A stretch of 64,000 bases of DNA from the NCBI GenBank assembly GCA_902575395.1, contig CACGRA010000001.1:96512-160511 (forward strand). Direction: 5' to 3'. Origin of the DNA: an uncultured Fidelibacterota bacterium. GTDB lineage: Bacteria > Fidelibacterota > Marinisomatia > Marinisomatales > Marinisomataceae. A model generated the notes under the pieces. That model did no database searches. It had not been told where the DNA came from and saw only the letters and a program-made list of their open reading frames with translations. A program made the translations under genes and the position numbers. Below, piece after piece: positions 35,268 through 44,583 of this stretch (position 1 is the stretch's first letter; each line of letters begins with the position of its first letter).

Positions 35268-38084
35268 TTATTTATAATCTTCTATATCTGGACATACACA
35301 GAAAAAATTTCGATCTCCATATGCATTATCAATCCGTGATACATAAGGCCAAAATTTATTTTCTTTGATCCAGTTAATAGCAAACACAGCTTCTTCTCTA
35401 GAATATGGATGATTCCATTCACTACACACTTCTCCAATTGTGTGAGGCGCATTAATTAACACATTATCTTCTTTAGATGTTTTGCCATCTGCAATATCAT
35501 TGATTTCTTTTTTAATCTGAATCATTGCATCACAAAAACGATCTAACTCATCTTTTGATTCACTTTCAGTTGGTTCAATCATTAATGTGCCAGGAATTGG
35601 CCAAGACATTGTTGGAGCATGATACCCATAATCAATCAATCTTTTTGCAATATCTTCATTTGTGATGTTAGCACTGTTTTTAAACTCCCTACAATCAATG
35701 ATAAATTCATGTGCATTTAATCCACTCATTCCACGATAAAGTATGGTATAGTCTTTTTCTAAACGTTTTGCCATATAATTAGCATTTAGAATTGCGATCT
35801 GTGATGCGTTCAATAACCCTTTTCCGCCCATCAACTTCATATAGATATAAGAAATCAACAAAATGCTAGCACTGCCATAAGGAGAAGAAGAAACTGAGTA
35901 CAACTGTTCTTCATTTGTGGTATAATGTGTTGGTAAAAAGGGCGTTAGTTTTTCATTAACACATATTGGTCCCATTCCTGGTCCCCCTCCTCCATGTGGT
36001 ATACAAAATGTTTTGTGTAAATTGATATGCATAACATCTGCACCAAAATGTCCAGGTTTACAGATCCCAACCATTGCATTTAGGTTGGCTCCATCCATAT
36101 AAACCAATCCACCATTTTTGTGTATAATTTCACATATTTCATCAACATTATGTTCAAATACTCCATGTGTAGATGGATAGGTAATCATAAGAGATGATAA
36201 ATTTTCTCCTGCCTCTTCTGCTTTTGATTTCAAATCGTCATAATCAATATTTCCGTATTTATCACATTTCACAATTACTACTTTTAGTCCAGCCATAATT
36301 GCACTAGCAGGATTTGTGCCATGGGCTGATTCTGGAATTAAACAGATATTTCTTTTTTCATCATTTGCTTTGTGATATTCTTGTATTGTTAATAGTCCAG
36401 CATACTCTCCTTGAGCACCAGAATTTGGTTGAAATGAAACAGCATTAAAACCAGTAACTTTAGAAAGCATGGTTTCTAATTCATCAATAATCAATTTATA
36501 CCCTTTTGTTTGTTCGTTTGGAGCAAAAGGATGTATTGTATTAAATTCTGGCCAACTAATTGGAATCATTTCAACAGTTGCATTTAGTTTCATTGTACAT
36601 GACCCCAAAGGAATCATACTATGGTTAAGCGATAGGTCTCTTTTTTCCAATTTATGCATATAACGCAACATCTCTGTTTCAGAATGCATGCTATGAAATA
36701 TTGGATGCTTTAAAAAATTATCTTTCCGATTTGGTTTAGCTTCAATGCTATCCCCTTTTTTCTCATTTGATGTTTTAAATAACGCACTAATTTGAGATAT
36801 TTCTTCTTCTGTTGTTTTTTCGTCTAAAGAAATTCCAATCAATCCATTGTTATGGTACATGAAATTAAATTTTTTAGACAATGCTTCTTTTTGAAATGAT
36901 TTTAAATCTATATCATTTAGTTCAACAACGATTGTATCAAAATAATTATTTGTATTGCTAATGATGCTATGACCATTTTTTGCAATTTTTTGACCAAGCT
37001 TTGTTGTGTGTTTATGAATTGCAGTAGCAATTTCTTTTAATTTTTTTGGACCATGAAATATTGCATACATTCCAGATATAATTGCTAACAATACTTGAGC
37101 TGTGCAGATGTTAGATGTAGCTTTCTCACGTCTTATGTGTTGTTCTCTTGTTTGTAAAGTTAGCCTGTATGCTTGATTGCCATGTTTATCTTTTGATACT
37201 CCAACAATTCTTCCAGGAATATCACGCTTAAATTCATCTGATGTAGCCATAAATGCTGCATGTGGCCCTCCAAACCCAAGTGGCACCCCAAAACGTTGAC
37301 TATTGCCTACAGCGATATCTCCACCAAAAGAACCTGGAGACTCAAAAAGCTGTAAACACATTAAATCAGTTGCAAAAACAACCTTACATCCTGAATGATG
37401 TGCTTTATCAACAATCGACTGGTATAATTCAGGGCTATCAATTTCGCCAAAGCGATTTGGATATTGCATAATACAACCAAACGCATTGTCAAAATTCATT
37501 TCTTTATAATGGCAAATTTCAATTTCAATATCTAAAGGCTCTGCTCTTGCAACAATCACATCAATTGTTTGTTGAAAACAGTCTTTGTCAACAAGGAACT
37601 TATTAGATTCAGTGTTATTTTTTCTATAGAACATTAGCATTGCTTCGCTTGCAGCGGTTCCTTCATCTAATAATGACGCATTAGCAATTGGAAGGTTGCA
37701 GATTTCTGAAACCATTGTTTGATAGTTTAATAATGCTTCAAGCCTCCCTTGTGAAATTTCTGGTTGATATGGAGTATATTGAGTATACCATCCTGGATTT
37801 TCTAATATATTTCTTAAAATGACATTAGGGGTAATTGTATCATAGTATCCTTGCCCAATTAATGATCTATATAGTTGATTTTTTTCTCCAATATTTTTTA
37901 TATGTGTAAGGATTTCATTCTCAGAGAATTTTTCATTTCCAATAGAATTTTCATCAATATCTAAAATGTTTTCTGGCACAATCTTTTTAATTAAATCTTT
38001 AAGAGATTTTTCTTCAAGAAAAGATAACATTTCTTCAATGTGATAATTTTGAGGGCCTATATGTTTCTTGTGAAATTCTGACAT
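35268..38084 (-). CDS. gcvP: Glycine dehydrogenase (decarboxylating), single-chain P protein
   Basis: 938 aa. YTPYQPEISQGRLEALLNYQTM and the PLP-lysine region NLHKTFCIPHGGGGPG. Confidence 0.95.
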   Translation of the reverse strand: MSEFHKKHIGPQNYHIEEMLSFLEEKSLKDLIKKIVPENILDIDENSIGNEKFSENEILTHIKNIGEKNQLYRSLIGQGYYDTITPNVILRNILENPGWYTQYTPYQPEISQGRLEALLNYQTMVSEICNLPIANASLLDEGTAASEAMLMFYRKNNTESNKFLVDKDCFQQTIDVIVARAEPLDIEIEICHYKEMNFDNAFGCIMQYPNRFGEIDSPELYQSIVDKAHHSGCKVVFATDLMCLQLFESPGSFGGDIAVGNSQRFGVPLGFGGPHAAFMATSDEFKRDIPGRIVGVSKDKHGNQAYRLTLQTREQHIRREKATSNICTAQVLLAIISGMYAIFHGPKKLKEIATAIHKHTTKLGQKIAKNGHSIISNTNNYFDTIVVELNDIDLKSFQKEALSKKFNFMYHNNGLIGISLDEKTTEEEISQISALFKTSNEKKGDSIEAKPNRKDNFLKHPIFHSMHSETEMLRYMHKLEKRDLSLNHSMIPLGSCTMKLNATVEMIPISWPEFNTIHPFAPNEQTKGYKLIIDELETMLSKVTGFNAVSFQPNSGAQGEYAGLLTIQEYHKANDEKRNICLIPESAHGTNPASAIMAGLKVVIVKCDKYGNIDYDDLKSKAEEAGENLSSLMITYPSTHGVFEHNVDEICEIIHKNGGLVYMDGANLNAMVGICKPGHFGADVMHINLHKTFCIPHGGGGPGMGPICVNEKLTPFLPTHYTTNEEQLYSVSSSPYGSASILLISYIYMKLMGGKGLLNASQIAILNANYMAKRLEKDYTILYRGMSGLNAHEFIIDCREFKNSANITNEDIAKRLIDYGYHAPTMSWPIPGTLMIEPTESESKDELDRFCDAMIQIKKEINDIADGKTSKEDNVLINAPHTIGEVCSEWNHPYSREEAVFAINWIKENKFWPYVSRIDNAYGDRNFFCVCPDIEDYK

Positions 38085-38115
38085 TTTACTGATAGTTCAC
38101 CATTATTGGGTATAG

Positions 38116-38188
38116 TACCCCCGGAAGGACTCGAACCTACAACCAAGGGCTTAAAAGGCCCCTGCTCTACCAATTGAGCTACGGAGGC
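38116..38188 (-). tRNA. tRNA-Lys (anticodon UUU), CCA not encoded
   Basis: The reverse complement GCCTCCGTAGCTCAATTGGTAGAGCAGGGGCCTTTTAAGCCCTTGGTTGTAGGTTCGAGTCCTTCCGGGGGTA folds by hand into a 73-nt cloverleaf with anticodon loop CTTTTAA and T-loop TTCGAGT. It has one U-U mismatch in the T stem and G-U pairs in the acceptor stem. It closely resembles E. coli tRNA-Lys. Confidence 0.8.
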
Positions 38189-38344
38189 AAAAGTAGGTAA
38201 ATTTAAGTGCATGAATCGTTATTTGGTAATGGAAAAAACATAATTTTTAAGAAAATTTTTGATTTAATTATTGCACAATTGCGTAAAACACTATTACCTT
38301 ATGCATAGTCTTTTAGACTTATTGTAAACAAATACAACAAATCG

Positions 38345-38380
38345 AAAGGTTCCGCGGTTGGCGCTACGGAGCCTTTTTTG
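38345..38380 (+). terminator. Orphan rho-independent terminator-like hairpin (no upstream + strand CDS)
   Basis: GGTTCCG (38348-38354) pairs with CGGAGCC (38367-38373): 7 bp including one G-U, with a 12-nt loop. It is extended by AAA/TTT and followed by a TTTTTT run at 38374-38379. Confidence 0.45.
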
Positions 38381-38401
38381 TTTCTAAAAAAAGTATTATC
38401 T

Positions 38402-38420
38402 TTTGACAATATTTGACAAT
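38402..38420 (+). repeat. Tandem direct repeat TTTGACAAT x2 immediately upstream of ssrA (possible promoter or operator element)
   Basis: TTTGACAAT at 38402-38410 and again at 38412-38420, one nt before the tmRNA 5' end at 38422. It contains a TTGACA (-35-like) hexamer. Confidence 0.35.
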
Positions 38421-38421
38421 T

Positions 38422-38767
38422 GGGGGCGACCGGTTTCGACATTTTAGCAAGAAGCTTTAGGTGGCATGTAGAGCTTAGTAACTCTTAAAACTTCTAAACT
38501 TTATTAAGTGCCGATTATGGCCAAATGGCTACAGCTTAATTGCTTATAGCCCATCATCAGTAGACGTTTCTCATCGTTCGCTGAATGGTGTCATAAAAAT
38601 GAGATAGCTTAATTTTTTGCTTTGACTTATTAAGCGAACCCTTAAAAGCTAGTTTTATATTTGGTTGTTCTTGAACATATATAAAATGAACATTAATCAA
38701 GTAACTAAACATGTAGAAGTTTAATTTTTCTCTATTATGGACGGGAGTTCGAATCTCCCCGCCTCCA
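38422..38767 (+). ncRNA. ssrA: tmRNA (SsrA), standard one-piece; predicted tag ADYGQMATA
   Basis: 5' GGGGGCGACCGGTTTCGAC and 3' GGACGGGAGTTCGAATCTCCCCGCCTCCA form a tRNA-Ala-like acceptor with G3-U70 and T-arm GGGAG-TTCGAAT-CTCCC. Internal ORF GCC GAT TAT GGC CAA ATG GCT ACA GCT TAA at 38510-38539. The 3' CCA is not encoded (the genome reads CAA). Confidence 0.9.
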
Positions 38768-38777
38768 CAAATAAATT

Positions 38778-40178
38778 ATGATTAGATATATTTTTATAAC
38801 AATATTGACTTTCTTTACTTTATCATGTGATTTTGATACATCCGTTAAATTAGAAGTAAGTAACAATGATGATTCTTACCAGTCAATTCCAGGACCTAGA
38901 AATTGTTTTTGGTCTCGTGGCCCAATAAGTAAAGACCCTTATATTAATATTGCTTATCCTGATGCCAATGTTTTTTATTGGAGCGCAGCATTCACTATTC
39001 CTGAAGGCGCTCGACTTTATCTTAAAGGAGAATTTCCTTATTCCAGGTATATGTCATTAATTAGTTATGATGGAAAAGGAACCCCAATAGAGTCTTTAGC
39101 CGATTATCTTATTATACCTGATGAAAACTCAATCAATCCTTTTGTAGAAGGATCTACTAGAAATCATAAAAATAGATCTTATACTATAGAAATTTTAAAC
39201 CTTCCCCAAGAAATAAGAAGAGAAGAGGGAGTAAAACTTGATCTTCAAACTGATATTAGAAACGGAGATTCGCAAAATGAAATTCTTAAAAGAAATTCAT
39301 TAAATGCAACCCAATATGGGCAAGGACAACAATCAATTGTTTATCGTATCTATGTTCCTGATAAAGATAAAGACGAATTAGGAGGAGTTTCTTTTCCTGA
39401 GTTTGTTTTAGTGTTAAATAATGGAGAAAAATTGGTAGGAGAAGAGGCGTGTAATGCATTAAATGCTAATCAAATGGCACAAATTAGTATAGATGCTATA
39501 GGCCTTCCTATGACTGTATATTCAAAACTGGTAAATCAACCTGATAAACCTAATACATGGCCATCAACTATACCAACCACTTGGTATTTGCAATATGATA
39601 GGAATTTTCTTCTAGGTATTTATAATGGAGAACCGCCTAAATCATTTAGAAAGAGCACTGGCGGTTTTTATCCCAATCTTGATAATAATTATGTACGAAC
39701 CATTATTAATCGTAAACATGGTAAAGTGTTTGTTCTGAAAGGGAAATTACCTAAAACACCAAAAACTTATTATGGAGATGAAATAATGACCAAAGGTGAT
39801 TTGATTTATTGGTCCATTTGTTCCAATCAAGGGTTTGCAAACACTCGAGTAAATGATTGTCTTTTTGATGAACAAGTTCCTGTGAATGAAAACGGTGAGT
39901 ATACAATTGTAGTGAGTAGAAAAGAAGACCGTCCACGAAATGCCTATCCTGATTGTGGAATTGGGTGGCTGCCAATGGCTGATGATGGTGATGGAGCTAT
40001 AGATGAAGATGCCACAGTGATTCAAATTAGAAATATGTTAGCATCACCAGATTTTAGACATGCAATTCAGAATGTTGATCAGATTGGTAAAGAAAAAGAG
40101 ATTATGGGTCCTTATTTACCGTCTTCGTTTTATACAACAACAGGTGGCTTTGAAGCATTATTCCCTTGTCTGCAATAA
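38778..40178 (+). CDS. Hypothetical lipoprotein, unknown family
   Basis: 466 aa with lipoprotein signal MIRYIFITILTFFTLSC. It starts 10 nt after the tmRNA 3' end. I recognised no family. Confidence 0.6.
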   Translation: MIRYIFITILTFFTLSCDFDTSVKLEVSNNDDSYQSIPGPRNCFWSRGPISKDPYINIAYPDANVFYWSAAFTIPEGARLYLKGEFPYSRYMSLISYDGKGTPIESLADYLIIPDENSINPFVEGSTRNHKNRSYTIEILNLPQEIRREEGVKLDLQTDIRNGDSQNEILKRNSLNATQYGQGQQSIVYRIYVPDKDKDELGGVSFPEFVLVLNNGEKLVGEEACNALNANQMAQISIDAIGLPMTVYSKLVNQPDKPNTWPSTIPTTWYLQYDRNFLLGIYNGEPPKSFRKSTGGFYPNLDNNYVRTIINRKHGKVFVLKGKLPKTPKTYYGDEIMTKGDLIYWSICSNQGFANTRVNDCLFDEQVPVNENGEYTIVVSRKEDRPRNAYPDCGIGWLPMADDGDGAIDEDATVIQIRNMLASPDFRHAIQNVDQIGKEKEIMGPYLPSSFYTTTGGFEALFPCLQ

Positions 40179-40181
40179 GAT

Positions 40182-40928
40182 TTATTTGGGAATACGATCT
40201 GGAAAATCTGTAATAATACCATCTATACCAAAAGTAATTGCTTTATCAATTTCTTCGGGCGCGTTAATAGTCCAAGAGTATATTTTAAAACCTGAATCAT
40301 GAATTGTATTAACAACTTCTTGATTTAAAGAAGAAAAATTTGGGTGTATAGCAACTGCATCTAATTTCATTGCTATATCAAGCACTTCATTTAGTGTATT
40401 TTTATCGTTTAATATTCCAATTGGGATATCTGTATTCTCATTTTTAAAAATTATTAATTCATCCCAATCAAAACTTGAAACAATTAATTGGTTTGATTCC
40501 CATTTAGTATTACTAACAAATTTTTTAAGAATTAAAGCTGTTTTTTTAGCTGTATTTTTACCTTTAAGCTCAACATTTAATAATATATTTCCATCAATGA
40601 GTGTTAATACTTCTTCTATGGTTGGTATTTTATATTTTCCTTCTACTAAAATATTATTGAGTGCATCGATTGTCATCTCTTCAATAAAACCAGTGCTATT
40701 AGTAAGACGATCTAATTTTTTATCATGGAAAACAACTATTTCACCAGATGCACAACGAAAAACATCTATTTCTACACCATCAACTCCTAGATTAATTGCT
40801 TTTTGTATAGACTCTAAGGTGTTTTCAGCGATATGCCCTTTAGCGCCTCTATGGCCAATATTAAGTATATCTTTATTTTCACATGAGCTAAGCATAACAA
40901 TGAAAAATAAAACACATATTTTTTTCAT
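40182..40928 (-). CDS. Glycerophosphodiester phosphodiesterase, lipoprotein
   Basis: Start set at ATG 40928 (MKKICVLFFIVMLSSC). GDPD motifs GHRGAKGHIAENTLES, GVEIDV and VVFHD. Confidence 0.85.
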   Translation of the reverse strand: MKKICVLFFIVMLSSCENKDILNIGHRGAKGHIAENTLESIQKAINLGVDGVEIDVFRCASGEIVVFHDKKLDRLTNSTGFIEEMTIDALNNILVEGKYKIPTIEEVLTLIDGNILLNVELKGKNTAKKTALILKKFVSNTKWESNQLIVSSFDWDELIIFKNENTDIPIGILNDKNTLNEVLDIAMKLDAVAIHPNFSSLNQEVVNTIHDSGFKIYSWTINAPEEIDKAITFGIDGIITDFPDRIPK

Positions 40929-40932
40929 GAAA

Positions 40933-42168
40933 TTAATTTCCTTCATGAATTTCTACTGCAGCACGTAAGCCAGAAAATAATGCCCCTTGCATCCAGCCAT
41001 GATCATTAGAAGCATGTTCTCCTGCAAAATGAATACGTCCTTCTGCAGCCCCAATATGTTCTGCTAAAGCTGAATCTTGAGATGAAGTGGGGGATGCCCA
41101 TGCTCCCTTTGACCATTCTTCAAGCGCCCATGATTGAGACACACCATTTTCTATATTATTTGTTGCGCCAGGGAAAATATTTTCCCATCTGTTCAATACG
41201 GTATCAATACGCTCCTGTTCAGTTAATATATCCATTTCGTCTGCTCTACTATATCGCAAATAAGACATAATAATACCACGTGGACCACTTAAGTCCCAAG
41301 TAGGCTGCCAGATTTCTTCTGGCAAATCAGTATTCCCCCATCCATTTAGACCTTCACTTTCCCAAAATCGATTTTGAAATTGAATATAAATTCTTGTTGA
41401 TGATGCATATCGATACCCACCATTCATTGCTGTTTGTTTTTCTGTTGATAATGATGGTGTAAATTGAATTTTATTTAAAACAGTTAAAGGGACAGTACAT
41501 AAAGCTCTATCTGCAGTAAAAGACCCTCCATTTGTTGTTTGTACAGTAACTCCATCAGAAGTTTGTGCAATAGATTGAGCAGGGCTTGCAAGTGAGATAT
41601 AATCGTTTAAATAATCTGCAAATGCATATGGTAAACGATCTGACCCACCACGAATCTTTACATAGTCTTTGCGAAAAACTGAACCATATGTTGCATTGAG
41701 ATAGTTGCTATTTGAAATTAATTCTCGTGTCCCATCATTTACATCTACATAAGAGCCTGACGTAGCATAAAAAGGATCTAGTTGTAAATTAAAATGGTTT
41801 GCATATCCTAATGTTAAATCATGACTAGGTTTAATTCGTGCTGCACCTCCTTCACCAAAGTGGTTGTCAGCAAATGGAGAACGAATTGTAAACACTCGTC
41901 CACCAATTCGATTTCTTGCCTCTAAAATTGTTACATTATGACCTGCACGATTTAATTCATATGCAGCAACCAAACCAGAAAGACCTGCCCCAATGATTAT
42001 AACTTTTTTAGATGGTCTATTACCAGAGAGCATTCCTGGTGAATAGGTAATTGGAGGACTATCTTCGTTTGGACTCCCTTCATTATCTTCACATGATGGT
42101 ATAAGTGTTGCTCCAGCTGCAATAATTATACTTCTTCGAATAAATTCTCGTCTTGTAATATCAGTCAT
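40933..42168 (-). CDS. Flavin-containing amine oxidase (monoamine/L-amino-acid/polyamine oxidase family) with twin-arginine signal
   Basis: 411 aa. Tat motif TRREFIRRS followed by [13 protein letters not shown] dinucleotide fold [17 protein letters not shown]...[14 protein letters not shown]-terminal FAGEHAS. Confidence 0.8.
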   Translation of the reverse strand: MTDITRREFIRRSIIIAAGATLIPSCEDNEGSPNEDSPPITYSPGMLSGNRPSKKVIIIGAGLSGLVAAYELNRAGHNVTILEARNRIGGRVFTIRSPFADNHFGEGGAARIKPSHDLTLGYANHFNLQLDPFYATSGSYVDVNDGTRELISNSNYLNATYGSVFRKDYVKIRGGSDRLPYAFADYLNDYISLASPAQSIAQTSDGVTVQTTNGGSFTADRALCTVPLTVLNKIQFTPSLSTEKQTAMNGGYRYASSTRIYIQFQNRFWESEGLNGWGNTDLPEEIWQPTWDLSGPRGIIMSYLRYSRADEMDILTEQERIDTVLNRWENIFPGATNNIENGVSQSWALEEWSKGAWASPTSSQDSALAEHIGAAEGRIHFAGEHASNDHGWMQGALFSGLRAAVEIHEGN

Positions 42169-42176
42169 ATTACTAT

Positions 42177-43793
42177 TTACATTCTTTCTGGTGCAGTAAT
42201 ACCTAGAATAGATAATCCAATTTTGAAAATGATTTGTGTTGCATCACATAACGCCATTCTTGCATGTGATAATTCAGCGTTGTCTAAATCAATAACTTTG
42301 TGATTTCCATAAAATTTATGATATTGTGCTGCTAACTCTTCAAGATAAGTTGCAAGTTGCCTTGGTTCCAATGATTCATGTAATTGTTCCATTTTTTTAG
42401 GGAATTGAGACAATTTTTTCATTAACGACATTTCGTCTTCTTTGTCTAAAAGTTGCAGATTTATTTTATTGGTTTCTCCTACTTCTTTTTTGAAACGTTT
42501 ACCAAGATTAGAAATACGTGCGTGTGCATATTGTAAGTAATAAACAGGATTTTTTTCAGATTCGTCCATTGCTAAATCTAAATCAAAATCAAGATGTGAA
42601 TTAGCACCACGCATAATAAAGAAATATCTTATGATATCAGCACTTAATTTTTCAATTAGTTCATCAAGTGTAACAAAATTTGCTTTTCTAGTAGACATCT
42701 TTACAACTTTCCCATCTTCTTTGAGTGTCACAAATTGATGTATAACTACTTTGATATGATCAACTCTATGACCAAGTGATTCTAATGCAAGTAACACATC
42801 TGGATATGTGTCAATATGGTCTGCACCAAAAATATCAACAATGAGATTAAAATCTCTTTTTACTTTATCAATATGGTACGCAATGTCTGGTAGACGATAA
42901 GTTGGTTCTCCTGTGCTTTTTACCAATACTTTATCTTCTTCTTTCCCAAGAGCAGTAGTTTTAAACCAAGTTGCTCCATCTTTTTTATAAGACAAAGATA
43001 GTTTTTCAAGCGCTTTTAACACTTCATTAATTGATCCATTGTCATAAAAACTTTTTTCTTTAGAAAAAACATCAAAAACAATATTTAGACTATTTAATGT
43101 TTCTTGAATATTTTGAAAAATTTCTTTTTCTGTAAATGTTCTAAATTTTTCGTCATTTTCATCTAAATCATTGCCATATTTTTCAATAATTTTTTCTACA
43201 ATATCATCAAGATATTCTCCAACATATCCATTTTCTGGACTTTCAAATTTTCTACCAATTTTATTAGCATATTTTGCATAACAGGATTGAGCTAAAACAC
43301 GCATTTGTTTTCCTGCATCGTTGTAATAATACTCTCGTGTTACATCATAATTATGCCATGATAATATATTTGATATAATATCTCCTAACACTGCCTGTCT
43401 TCCATGTCCTATAGTTAAGGGACCTGTTGGGTTACAGCTAACAAATTCTACATTTGCAGTTTGTTTTTTAGCTTTAGGTTTGGCAAAAGAGTCTTTATCA
43501 GATAAAATTTGATTTACTACATCGGAATAATAGCTGTTATCAACTGTAAAGTTGACAAAACCTGGTTTTGTCACAAATATCGAAAATAAATTATCTTCTT
43601 TATGAAATTCTAAAATATCATTTGCTAAATCAATTGGTGCTTTTTTTAATATTTTTGCAAGTACTAATGCAATATTAGATGAATAATCACCAAAACCTTT
43701 TTTATTATTTTGACTTATGTTCCAATCTGTATTTTGAATTTTATTTTTCTTTAAATATGAAATAATAAATTCTTCTATTTTTCTTTCAATCAT
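42177..43793 (-). CDS. argS: Arginyl-tRNA synthetase
   Basis: 538 aa. Class I HIGH variant [12 protein letters not shown], a KMSTRK-type motif ([11 protein letters not shown]) and a C-terminal anticodon-binding domain ending in M. Confidence 0.9.
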   Translation of the reverse strand: MIERKIEEFIISYLKKNKIQNTDWNISQNNKKGFGDYSSNIALVLAKILKKAPIDLANDILEFHKEDNLFSIFVTKPGFVNFTVDNSYYSDVVNQILSDKDSFAKPKAKKQTANVEFVSCNPTGPLTIGHGRQAVLGDIISNILSWHNYDVTREYYYNDAGKQMRVLAQSCYAKYANKIGRKFESPENGYVGEYLDDIVEKIIEKYGNDLDENDEKFRTFTEKEIFQNIQETLNSLNIVFDVFSKEKSFYDNGSINEVLKALEKLSLSYKKDGATWFKTTALGKEEDKVLVKSTGEPTYRLPDIAYHIDKVKRDFNLIVDIFGADHIDTYPDVLLALESLGHRVDHIKVVIHQFVTLKEDGKVVKMSTRKANFVTLDELIEKLSADIIRYFFIMRGANSHLDFDLDLAMDESEKNPVYYLQYAHARISNLGKRFKKEVGETNKINLQLLDKEDEMSLMKKLSQFPKKMEQLHESLEPRQLATYLEELAAQYHKFYGNHKVIDLDNAELSHARMALCDATQIIFKIGLSILGITAPERM

Positions 43794-44122
43794 TATATTT
43801 CTACTTTTTTTGCATCAAACCAAATACGCTCAAGATTATAGTATTTTCTTATGTCATCAAGAAAGATATGCACCACAACATCTATATAATCAATAATAAC
43901 CCAATTTAGATGTTCATACCCTTCAATTCTCCAAACATCTTCTTTAACATTGTCTCTAATATTTTCTGTAATTGATTTTACTTGGATAGAATTTGAAGCA
44001 GAACAAATAACAAAGTATTTTGATAGGGTAGTGGTCTTTGATACATCAAGCGCTAAAATATCTTCAGCTTTTTTTTCTTCTGCACACGCAACTATATCTT
44101 TTAGTAATTTTTTTGTTGTCAT
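43793..44122 (-). CDS. rsfS: Ribosomal silencing factor RsfS (iojap-like)
   Basis: 109 aa. KKAEDILALDV...YFVICSASN...WVIIDYIDVVVHIF...YYNLERIW is typical of RsfS. Confidence 0.85.
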   Translation of the reverse strand: MTTKKLLKDIVACAEEKKAEDILALDVSKTTTLSKYFVICSASNSIQVKSITENIRDNVKEDVWRIEGYEHLNWVIIDYIDVVVHIFLDDIRKYYNLERIWFDAKKVEI

Positions 44123-44583
44123 TAATTCAAGTTAATAAAATCTTTGTAGTCCTTTCCAATAATTATTTGCATATCTTCATCGAAATCTGTTTCTGTATTG
44201 AATTCAACATTTGAATGATGCAGACCCATTCCCAGTAATGTTAATACATTAGTTACATTATTATTATTTTGATTTATAATCACCACTTTTGTTTTTTCAT
44301 AGCTAGAATTATCAGCGTTTTCAATTCTTGTAATAATTAGGCCGTAATTACTATCTAAGAAAGCAGCAACGCGTTTTGCAAGACCATTTTCTTTTGATCC
44401 ATTTAACACTGCAACACGTAACATTTTAGAATTTTCATTTTCAAATAATTTAATTCTTTCTTTTTCTGCTTTTGGCACACTATAGTCATTATAAGTTGTA
44501 GTAAAATTTTTCAAAAAAGCCCAACCAAATAATGAAATGCTAAAAATCAAAAAAAGAATAATCGAATTAAGAAAATATTTCAT
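44122..44583 (-). CDS. LytR_C (cell-envelope-related C-terminal) domain membrane protein
   Basis: 153 aa with an N-terminal TM. RVAVLNGSKENGLAKRVAAFLDS...ENADNSSYEKTKVVI is typical of LytR_C. Confidence 0.6.
   Translation of the reverse strand: MKYFLNSIILFLIFSISLFGWAFLKNFTTTYNDYSVPKAEKERIKLFENENSKMLRVAVLNGSKENGLAKRVAAFLDSNYGLIITRIENADNSSYEKTKVVIINQNNNNVTNVLTLLGMGLHHSNVEFNTETDFDEDMQIIIGKDYKDFINLN

Noticed and set aside
38085-38420. Glycine riboswitch upstream of gcvP.
   Set aside because: Only 31 nt separate gcvP from the tRNA. The minus-strand sequence beyond the tRNA shows none of the conserved glycine-aptamer segments I can recall.
38768-42176. Genomic island integrated at ssrA.
   Set aside because: I noticed no integrase or recombinase, no mobility genes and no second copy of the tmRNA 3' end (TTCGAATCTCCCCGCCTCC) downstream. 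At most it is an ancient remnant.
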